From: an uncultured Actinomycetes bacterium
GTDB lineage: Bacteria; Actinomycetota; Actinomycetes; Streptosporangiales; Streptosporangiaceae
Reading direction: 5' to 3'
Assembly: GCA_963800415.1 (NCBI GenBank)
Contig: CAWDBS010000083.1
Coordinates: forward strand, 210-64,209
DNA: 64,000 bases
Each line of letters starts with the position of its first letter. The first letter of the stretch is position 1. A program made the position numbers and the translations under genes. Shown here piece after piece: positions 41,121 through 49,129 of the stretch. Below the pieces are notes generated by a model. That model was given only the letters and a program-made list of their open reading frames with translations, ran no database searches and had not been told where the DNA came from.

Positions 41121-42239
41121 ATGGTTACCCCGCCGCCGCCGAACAGACCTCGCCCCCGGCGGCGTGCGCTGCGGTTCTTTCGGTCCCTGCGTACCCAGCT
41201 GACCAGGCAGTTCATTACCAGGAACCGTCGGCTGGCCTTCGCCTTGTCGGTGCTGACGATCGCCATCGCGGTGGCCTCGGTGCACCTGTCGGGGTGGTGG
41301 TTCTCGCCCGGCGTGATGATATTGCCGATCCTGGCCGGGGGCCTGCTGCTGTGGCCGCGGGCGCTGCGTATCTTCTTCGGGTTCGCCGCGGTGGCCCTCA
41401 TCTACGACGTGGTCCAGGACAGGGCCGGGGCCGGCATCATCGCCACCATCGTGCTCACCGCCGCCTTCGCCGACGTGCTGGCGCGGACCAGGGAGAAGCT
41501 CGGCGTCCAGGGGCTGCGCGGCGACCGGATGCTGCTCGAGTTGCGGGACCGTATCCGGGCGCAGGGCAAGCTCCCCGAACTCGGCGAGGGCTGGGGGTCG
41601 TCCCTGGTGCTCAAGCCGGCCGGCGGTTCGTCGTTCGGCGGCGACTTCGTGGTGTCGTTCTGCGACGGCAAGATGCTCGAGGTGGCGCTGGTCGACGTCT
41701 CCGGGAAGGGCATCGACGCGGGGACCAGGGCGCTGCTGCTCTCCGGTGCCTTCGGCGGGCTGCTCGGCTCGGTGCCCAGGGACGAGTTCCTCCCCGCCTG
41801 CAACGCCTACATGCGCCGCGGTGCGGGCAGCGAGGGCTTCGTCACGGCCGTGCACCTCTCGCTGGACCTGGCGTCGGGTGAGTACGTGGTCTCGTCGGCC
41901 GGCCATCCGCCGGCCGTGCACTACGACGGGGCGGCGGGCCGCTGGCGGCTGACCCGGGCGCACGGGATCGTTCTCGGCGTGGTGCCGGACCTGCACGGCG
42001 CGGCCACCGAATCCGAGCGCGGCGTGCTGCAGCGCGGCGACGCGCTCATGCTCTACACCGACGGGCTGGTCGAAGCGCCCGGGCTGGACATCGACGTGGG
42101 TACCGACCGGCTGCTCGGCGAGGCCGAGCGCATGCTGACCAGCGGTTTCCGGACCGGTGCCCCGGCACTGGTCGCGGCCATGCAGCGGGAGATCGGCGGC
42201 TCCGACGACCGCGCCCTGGTGCTGCTCTGGCGAGCTTGA
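41121..42239 (+). CDS. PP2C-family (SpoIIE-like) serine/threonine phosphatase with N-terminal transmembrane segments
   Basis: GGDFVVSFCDGKMLEVALVDVSGKGIDAG... and ...LMLYTDGLVE are SpoIIE/PP2C motifs. Three or four N-terminal hydrophobic helices are present. Confidence 0.8.
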   Translation: MVTPPPPNRPRPRRRALRFFRSLRTQLTRQFITRNRRLAFALSVLTIAIAVASVHLSGWWFSPGVMILPILAGGLLLWPRALRIFFGFAAVALIYDVVQDRAGAGIIATIVLTAAFADVLARTREKLGVQGLRGDRMLLELRDRIRAQGKLPELGEGWGSSLVLKPAGGSSFGGDFVVSFCDGKMLEVALVDVSGKGIDAGTRALLLSGAFGGLLGSVPRDEFLPACNAYMRRGAGSEGFVTAVHLSLDLASGEYVVSSAGHPPAVHYDGAAGRWRLTRAHGIVLGVVPDLHGAATESERGVLQRGDALMLYTDGLVEAPGLDIDVGTDRLLGEAERMLTSGFRTGAPALVAAMQREIGGSDDRALVLLWRA

Positions 42240-42444
42240 GCCGGGGCGGTCCCGAAGGTGACCCGGACTCCCGGCCGAGCGGCTGGCGTGGCTGCGGGCG
42301 CTCCATATCGGAGGTAGCCCGGCAACTCGAAGATCTCTCCTAACCGGAGAGCCCCCGGTGATGCGATGAAGGAGCGGGCCTCCGCTCCTGGCGGACACCA
42401 TTAGCGGCTGCCTCGCCGGCTGCCGGGCCCCTACCGCGTCGAAA

Positions 42445-42483
42445 CTGACATGTATGTCAGGTATTTCCAATATCATGATATTG
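42445..42483. promoter_or_regulatory. two adjacent palindromes upstream of the hopanoid operon (candidate operators)
   Basis: CTGACAT-GT-ATGTCAG lies at 42445-42460 and the perfect 16-bp palindrome CAATATCATGATATTG lies at 42468-42483. Both sit in a lower-GC 400-bp gap about 180-220 nt upstream of hpnC. Confidence 0.4.
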
Positions 42484-42662
42484 TTCGCTAACACAAAAAC
42501 TATTTTCCCGGCTGTAACCTGCGTGAACACTGGCGAAACCTTGCGAACAGTAATGAACGGGCCGCTCAGCGGCTCCGGCTCCCCAGGTTAGCCGACGCCT
42601 CCGTCATGTGACGCACGCGTCATTGTTTGCAATTATTTGTGCATTCCCTGGAAGATAACTCC

Positions 42663-43665
42663 GTGACCGGGGGCAGCCGAAGTACCGGCGATACCGAACG
42701 GGCGGGCGTGCGGGAGCACGTCCGCCCGTCGCTGACGCGCGCCGAAGAGGTGGTGGCCAACGCGTCGGGGGAGAACTTTCCGGTCGCGCTCCGCCTGCTG
42801 CCAGCCCGGTACCGGCGGCACCTGACGAACCTGTATTTCTTCGCGCGGCTTACCGACGACCTCGGCGACGAGGTCAGGCCAGGGGGGTCTGGGCCAGGGG
42901 AGTACGGGCCAGGGGGGTACGGGGGGGCGGGGCAGCCCCCCCGTGAGCGGGGGGTTCCCGGGGGGTCGCCCCCCCGGACTAACACAGTTTCGGCTGCGCC
43001 TGCTCGACGAGCTGGCCGCCGACGTGGACCGCATCTATCAAGGCCAGACAGCGCAATCGCCGGTCATGCGCGCGATGGCGGACACCGTGCGCGAGTGCGG
43101 CGTCCCGGCCAAGCCGCTGCTCGACCTGATCCAGGCCAACCGGCAGGACCAGCAGATCACCCGCTACCGCACGTTCGCCGACCTGGCGCAGTACTGTGAG
43201 CTGTCCGCCAATCCCGTAGGCCAGATCGTGCTCTACATCTTCGGCGTCGCCACGCCGGACCGCATCGCCCTCTCCGATAGCGTCTGCACTGCCCTGCAGC
43301 TGGCCGAGCATTGGCAGGATGTGGCCGAGGACCTGGGCAACGGGCGGATTTACCTGCCGGGCGAGGACCTGGAGCGGTACGGCTGCACGGAGGCAGACCT
43401 GGCCGCACCCACCGCGAACCCGGCCGTGCGACAGCTGATGATCTTCGAGGTCGACCGCGCCTCGCGCCTGCTCGACGAGGGCGCGCCGCTGGTCGGCACG
43501 CTGCGCGGCGCGGCCAGGCTGGCGGTCGCGGGCTACCTCGCGGGCGGGCGGGCGGCGCTGGCCGCGATCAGGGCGCAACGGCATGACGTACTGAGGGGAA
43601 CCCCGCGGCCGCGCAAGCAGCGGCTGGCCGCGGAGCTGGTCAAGGCTTACGTGAGAGGGAGGTGA
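42663..43665 (+). pseudogene. hpnC: hydroxysqualene synthase HpnC (squalene/phytoene synthase family), interrupted by a repeat element and frame change
   Basis: GENFPVALRLLPARYRRHLTNLYFFARLTDDLGDEV is read in frame 0. A 115-nt G/C-homopolymer-rich insert follows. The sequence RLRLLDELAADVDRIY...NPVGQIVL...LQLAEHWQDVAEDLGNGRIYLP then continues in frame +1 to the stop at 43665. Confidence 0.8.
42876..42982 (-). repeat. GC-hairpin repeat element, copy b (inverted orientation) inside hpnC
   Basis: The reverse complement of the right end reads CCGGGGGGGCGACCCCCCGGGAACCCCCCGC, which matches the family core. The left half carries GGGCCAGGGG(G/A)GTAC direct repeats. It contains C7-GTGAGC-G6 and G6-TCG-C7 hairpins. 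Confidence 0.75.
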
Positions 43666-43675
43666 GCAGGCGCTA

Positions 43676-44518
43676 GTGGAACTCACCGAGGCGTACCGCG
43701 AATGCGAGCGGATCACGTGGACGCAGGCGAGGAACTTCGCTTACGGCATCAGGCTGCTGCCGGCCGTCAAGCGGCGCGGCCTCGCCGTCATTTACGCGTT
43801 CGCCCGCCGCATCGACGACATCGGCGACGGCACGCTGCCTGCTGAGGAGAAGATCGCCGCGTTGGAAGCAGCCCGCCGCGCGGTCCTGGACCTCAGCTCG
43901 GCTGATCCGGCCGATCCGGTGCTGCTCGCGCTGGCCGACACCGGGCGCATCTTCGGTGTCCCGATGGCCGCGTTCGGCGAGCTGATAGACGGGTGCGTGG
44001 CCGACGTGCGCGGCACGCACTACGAGACGTTCGAGGACCTCCTGCACTACTGCCGCTGCGTGGCCGGCTCGATCGGCCGGCTGTCCCTGGGCATCTTCGG
44101 CACCCGCCATGATCCGGGGGAGGCCGCGCGCCTGGCCGACTCGCTGGGCGTTGCCCTGCAGCTGACGAACATCCTGCGCGATATCCGCGAGGACTACCAG
44201 AACGGGCGGGTTTACCTGCCCGCAGAAGACCTGGCAAAATTCGACTGCGAGCTGGATAACCCAGACGCCGCCCAGTTCAAGCGTCTGGTCGAGTTCGAGG
44301 CCGAACGGGCCAGGGACTGGTACGCCACCGGCTTGCGGCTGCTGCCGATGCTCGACCACCGCAGCGCCGCCTGCACCGGAGCCATGGCGGGCATCTACCA
44401 GCAGCTGCTCGACCGGATCGCCGCGCATCCGGCCGCGGTACTGCGCGGCCGGATGTCGCTGTCGGCGGGGGAGAAGGCCGCGGTCGCCGTCAAGGCCCTG
44501 GCCAGGAGGATCCGATGA
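43676..44518 (+). CDS. hpnD: presqualene diphosphate synthase HpnD (squalene/phytoene synthase family)
   Basis: YRECERITWTQARNFAYGIRLLPAVKRRGLAVIYAFARRIDDIGD... and ...LQLTNILRDIREDYQNGRVYLP are present in an intact 280-aa ORF. Confidence 0.88.
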   Translation: MELTEAYRECERITWTQARNFAYGIRLLPAVKRRGLAVIYAFARRIDDIGDGTLPAEEKIAALEAARRAVLDLSSADPADPVLLALADTGRIFGVPMAAFGELIDGCVADVRGTHYETFEDLLHYCRCVAGSIGRLSLGIFGTRHDPGEAARLADSLGVALQLTNILRDIREDYQNGRVYLPAEDLAKFDCELDNPDAAQFKRLVEFEAERARDWYATGLRLLPMLDHRSAACTGAMAGIYQQLLDRIAAHPAAVLRGRMSLSAGEKAAVAVKALARRIR

Positions 44519-46029
44519 ATGCTCTGCCTGTCCCGGGGGGACGACCCCACGGGATCCCCCGGAAGGGAGTCAGAGTCGTGGTGATCGGCGGCGGGCTGGC
44601 CGGGATCACCGCCGCGATCACGCTCGCGGAGTCGGGCGCCGACGTCACCCTGCTCGAGGCCAGGCCCCGGCTCGGCGGCGCGACCTGCTCCTTCAACCGG
44701 GACGGCCTGATCGTCGACACCGGCCAGCACGTCTTCCTCGGCTGCTGCTCGGCCTACCGCGGCCTGCTGGCCAAGCTCGGCATGACCGAGCAGGCGCCGC
44801 TGCAGGACCGCTTCGACGTGACCGTCCTCGCCCCCGGCCGCTCTGCTAGCGAACCCAGGCGGGCCAGGCTCCGCCGGACCGCGCTCCCCGGCCCCCTGCA
44901 TATGCTTCCGGCCCTGGGCCGGTACCCGTTTCTTTCCCGGGCCGAACGGATGTCGGTGGCTCGCCCGGCGCTTTCGATGCGCTTTGTCGACCCGGCCGAC
45001 CCGGCGGCGGACACGCAGCGGTTCGGCGACTGGCTAGCCGCGCGCGGACAGAGCGAGCGGACCCGCCGGGCGCTGTGGGACCTGTTCTCCGTCTCGTCCC
45101 TGAACATCGCGGGCGATGACGCCTCGCTGGCGCTGGCCGCCACCGTGGTGAAAACCGGCCTGCTCGGCAGGAACAACGCGGCGGACATCGGCGTCCCGGC
45201 CCTCCCGCTCGGCGAGCTGCACGGCGACGCGGGAGCGACCCTGCTGACCAAGCTCGGCGCCCAGGTCGCCCTGGGCACCAAGGTCGCTGCTATCGAGGCC
45301 GGGGCGATCCGGCCCGGCGACGACTGCGGGTTCCGCGTCCGGCTGACGCAGGGCGGTGAGATGCCGGCCGACGCAGTGGTCGTGGCCGTCCCGCACGAGA
45401 AGGCCGCGCCGCTGATCCCGCCGGGCACGCTGCCGGACGGGACGGTGGCGAGCTGGGCCGGCCTGGGCGCGTCACCCATCGTCAACGTGCACGTGATCTA
45501 CGACCGGCCGGTGACCGACCTCCCGTTCGCCGCCGCCATCGACTCCCCGGTGCAGTGGATCTTCGACCGGACCCGCATCTCCGGCATCAGTGCCTCTAAC
45601 CACGGGGCCTCTAACCACGGGGCCTCTAACCACGGGGCCTCTAACCACGGGGCCTCTAACCACGGGCGTGCTGGGCAGCAGTACCTGGCCATCTCGCTGT
45701 CGGCCGCGGACGAGTACGTGGACGTGCCTGCCGCCCGGCTGCGCGAGCAGTTCGTCCCCGCGCTGGCCGAACTGCTCCCCGCCGCCCGCGACGCCCGGGT
45801 CACCGAGTTCTTCGTCACCCGGGAGCGGCGGGCGACCTTCCGCCAGGCACCGGGCAGCGGCGCGCTGCGGCCGAAGGCCGCGACCCTGCGGCCGGGCCTG
45901 GTGCTGGCCGGCGCGTGGACCGATACCGGCTGGCCGGACACGATGGAAGGCGCGGTGCGCAGCGGCCTGGCCGCGGCCATCGAGCTACGTCATACCGTTC
46001 ATACCTCAACGATGGGGGTACCTCAGTGA
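44515..46029 (+). CDS. hpnE: hydroxysqualene dehydroxylase HpnE (FAD-dependent amine-oxidase family)
   Basis: The dinucleotide-binding motif VVVIGGGLAGITAAITLAESG is present, and the gene follows hpnD. The true start may be GTG 44578 rather than ATG 44515. It contains an in-frame (ASNHG)5 repeat. Confidence 0.85.
   Translation: MNALPVPGGRPHGIPRKGVRVVVIGGGLAGITAAITLAESGADVTLLEARPRLGGATCSFNRDGLIVDTGQHVFLGCCSAYRGLLAKLGMTEQAPLQDRFDVTVLAPGRSASEPRRARLRRTALPGPLHMLPALGRYPFLSRAERMSVARPALSMRFVDPADPAADTQRFGDWLAARGQSERTRRALWDLFSVSSLNIAGDDASLALAATVVKTGLLGRNNAADIGVPALPLGELHGDAGATLLTKLGAQVALGTKVAAIEAGAIRPGDDCGFRVRLTQGGEMPADAVVVAVPHEKAAPLIPPGTLPDGTVASWAGLGASPIVNVHVIYDRPVTDLPFAAAIDSPVQWIFDRTRISGISASNHGASNHGASNHGASNHGASNHGRAGQQYLAISLSAADEYVDVPAARLREQFVPALAELLPAARDARVTEFFVTRERRATFRQAPGSGALRPKAATLRPGLVLAGAWTDTGWPDTMEGAVRSGLAAAIELRHTVHTSTMGVPQ
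44532..44567 (+). repeat. GC-hairpin repeat element, copy c (short form) at the hpnD/hpnE junction
   Basis: The sequence is CCCGGGGGGACGACCCCACGGGATCCCCCGGAAGGG. It lies between the hpnD stop (44518) and a well-placed alternative hpnE start (GTG 44578, preceded by GGAAGGGAG). Confidence 0.75.
45592..45666 (+). repeat. perfect 5 x 15-bp tandem repeat inside hpnE
   Basis: GCCTCTAACCACGGG occurs five times with no mismatch. It is in frame and encodes ASNHG x5. Confidence 0.95.
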
Positions 46030-47058
46030 CTGCTGTAATGCCCGAGGGCGTGGCCCTGGCCCGGGACCTGGTCGGCCCCGCGATGGAGTCCGCGATCGCC
46101 CGGCTGACGCCGGACGTGCGCGTCGTCGCGGCGTACCACCTCGGCTTCGCGGACGCCGCGGGTAACCCGACCGGCAACGGCAACGGTGCCGGTAAAGGGG
46201 GCAAGGCGCTGCGGCCCGCACTCGCCCTGCTGTCCGCCCGCGCCGCGGGCGCGCCGCCCGAGCGCGGCGTGACCGCCGCGGTCGCGGTCGAGCTCGTGCA
46301 CAACTTCTCCCTGCTGCACGACGACATCATGGACAACGACACCGAGCGCAGGCACCGCCCGACGGCCTGGACCGTGTTCGGCGTCGGCGCGGCCATCCTG
46401 GCCGGGGACGCGCTGCTCGCACTGGCTCAGGACCTGCTGCTGGAGGACGGTAACCCGCAGGGCGCGTGGGCGGCCCGGTGCCTGTCCGCGGCGGTGCAGC
46501 GGCTGATCGGCGGCCAGGGCTCGGATCTGGCCTTCGAGAAGCGTGACGACGTGACGCTGGCCGAGTGCCTGGACATGGCCGGCGACAAGACCGCCGCGCT
46601 GATGGCCTGCGCCTGCAGCATCGGGGCGGTGCACCTCGGCGCGCCGCCCACGCTGGCGATGGGGCTGGCCGGGTTCGGCGCGCACGTCGGGCTGGCGTTC
46701 CAGCTCACCGACGACCTGCTCGGCATCTGGGGCGCGCCCGAGGTCACCGGCAAGCCGGTCCGCGCGGACCTGCGCGCCCGGAAGAAGTCGCTGCCCGTCG
46801 TGGCCGCGCTGAACAGCGGCACGCCCGGGGCGGCCGAACTCCGTGCCCTGCTCGACCACCCCGGCGCCGCTGACCGAGGACGACCTGGTCCGCGCGGCCG
46901 ACCTGGTGGTCGCGGCGGGCGGCAGGGACTGGGCCGAGGCCGAGGCCGACGCGCAGCTCGCCGCGGCCAACGCCAGCCTGGCCGACATCGACCTGCCCGC
47001 CGACGTCCGGGCCGAGCTGACCTCGATCGCCGAGTTCATCACGGCACGCCAGTGGTAG
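46026..47058 (+). pseudogene. polyprenyl diphosphate synthase (FPP/GGPP synthase family), frameshift near 46860
   Basis: The GTG start overlaps the hpnE stop (GTGA). The motifs LLHDDIMDND and FQLTDDLLGIWG are present. After ...LRALLDHP the frame changes. The conserved C-terminus (...LTEDDLVRAADLVVAAGGRDWAEAEA...SIAEFITARQW, stop at 47058) is in frame +1. Confidence 0.8.
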
Positions 47059-47641
47059 CCAGCACGGTGGTAGTCAACGCTCGCGAAACTCTCCAACGAG
47101 CCCGTGATCACGCGCTCGGGCTGCAGCACGCCGACGGATGGTGGCAGGGCGAGCTCGAGACCAACGTCACCATGGACGCCGAGGACCTGCTGCTGCGCGA
47201 GTTCCTCGGCCTGCACGACGACGCGGCGATCGCGGCGGCGGCGCGCTGGATCCGCTCCCAGCAGCGGGACGACGGCACCTGGGCCAACTTCTACGGCGGG
47301 CCGGGTGACCTGTCCACTACGGTCGAGGCCTACCTGGCGCTGCGGCTGGCCGGCGACGATCCGGACGCGACGCACATGAAACAGGCCTGCGCCTGGATCC
47401 TCGATCAGGGCGGCGTCGAGGCGACCCGCGTGTTCACCCGGATCTGGCTGGCGCTTTCCGGCCTGTGGCCGTGGGACGAGCTGCCGGTCATCCCGCCCGA
47501 GCTGATCTACCTGCCGTCCTGGTTCCCGCTCAACATCTACGACTGGGGCTGCTGGGCGCGGCAGACCATCGTCGCGCTCGCCGTGGTGCAGTCGTTCCGC
47601 CCGTCCCGGCCGCTCTCGTTCACCATCGACGAACTGTATAG

Positions 47642-47779
47642 CCCGGGGGGACGACCCCCCCCAAACCCTCCCCGCGGTTCTTCCGGGGGGACCCATCCCC
47701 CCAGAAGCCCCTTGGGAGAGACCCATCCCCCCGGACCCCCCTGGGGGGACAAGCCCCCCGACCCTCCCGGGATCCCTGG
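47642..47779 (+). repeat. GC-hairpin repeat element, copy d (long form) inside shc
   Basis: The element starts CCCGGGGGGACGACCCCCCCC and continues through ...CCCCGCGGTTCTTCCGGGGGGACCCATCCCCCC and ...GAGAGACCCATCCCCCCGGACCCCCC... to ...CTCCCGGG. It is collinear with copy e over about 100 nt, and its ends form an imperfect inverted repeat (CCCGGGGGGAC / CCCGGGAGGGTC). Confidence 0.8.
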
Positions 47780-49017
47780 GAGCGTGTCTTCACCATCCTG
47801 GACAAGGCGCTGCACAAGTACCGTCCGGTCAAGTCGGTCCGCCGCGCGGCGCTGCGCCGCTGCGCGGAGTGGATCATCGCCCGGCAGGAGCGGGACGGCT
47901 GCTGGGGCGGCATCCAGCCCCCCTGGGTGTACTCGCTGATGGCGCTGAACCTGCTCGGCTACGAAATCACGCACCCCATCATGCAGCGCGGACTTAGCGG
48001 TCTTGACCGGTTCACCATCACCGAAGACACTGCGGACGGGCCGGTGCGCCGCCTGGAGGCGTGCCAGTCGCCGGTCTGGGACACCGTGCTGGTGATGGTC
48101 GCTCTCGCCGACGCCGGCCTGCCCGCCGACCACCCCGCGCTGGCCAACGCCGCCCAATGGGTGCTCGGCGAGGAGATCCGCGGGCCTGGTGACTGGCAGG
48201 TGCGCCAGGCCGGACCTGGCTCCCGGTGGCTGGGCGTTCGAGTTCGACAACGACACCTACCCCGACACCGACGACACCGCCGAGGTTGTCCTCGCGCTGC
48301 GCCGGGCCGGACCTAGGAGCCCCCAGCACCAGGCCGCCATCGACCGCGGGCTGACCTGGCTGGCCGGGATGCAATCCAAGGACGGCGGCTGGGGCGCGTT
48401 CGACGCGGACAACACCCGCGAGCTCGTCAACAAGCTGCCGTTCTGCGACTTCGGCGCGGTCATCGACCCGCCCTCGGCCGACGTGACCGCGCACATCGTG
48501 GAGGCGTTCGCCGCCGAGGGACGCGCCGCCGACCTGGTGGTGCGCCGCGGCGTGGTCTGGCTGCTGCGGGCGCAGGAGCCGGACGGATCCTGGTTCGGCC
48601 GCTGGGGGGCGAACTACGTCTACGGCACCGGTGCCGTGGTGCCCGCGCTGATCGCGGCCGGGGTGAAGCCGTCCAAGCCGGCCATCCGCCGCGCCGTGGC
48701 CTGGCTGGAGGGGCACCAGAACCCGGACGGCGGCTGGGGCGAGGACCTGCGCTGCTACGACGACCCGGCGCTGGCCGGGCAGGGCACCTCCACCGCGTCG
48801 CAGACCGCCTGGGCGCTGCTCGCCCTGCTCGCGGCCGGCGAATGGGACAGCTCCGCGACCGAACGCGGCGTCCGCTGGCTCGCCCAGACGCAGCGGGCCG
48901 ACGGCAGCTGGGACGAGCCGCAGTTCACCGGCACCGGCTTCCCCGGCGACTTCTACATCAACTATCACCTGTACCGGCTGGCCTTCCCGATCAGTGCCCT
49001 CGGCAGATACGTGCTGG

Positions 49018-49122
49018 CCCGGGGGGACGACCCCCCGGAGCCCCCCGCGGTTTCCTCCGGGGGGACCCATCCCCCCGGACCCCCCTTGGGAGAGACCCAT
49101 CCCCCCGGACCCCCCTTGGGAG
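49018..49122 (+). repeat. GC-hairpin repeat element, copy e (long form) at the shc 3' end
   Basis: The sequence is CCCGGGGGGACGACCCCCCGGAGCCCCCCGCGGTTTCCTCCGGGGGGACCCATCCCCCCGGACCCCCCTTGGGAGAGACCCATCCCCCCGGACCCCCCTTGGGAGAC. It ends 8 nt before the hpnG ATG. Confidence 0.8.
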
Positions 49123-49129
49123 ACAGCGC

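Noticed and set aside
42627-42662. The TTG start at 42627 for hpnC, as given in the ORF track (MQLFVHSLEDNS...).
   Set aside because: These codons are AT-rich and unlike the rest of the gene. GTG at 42663 or a later codon is a more plausible start.
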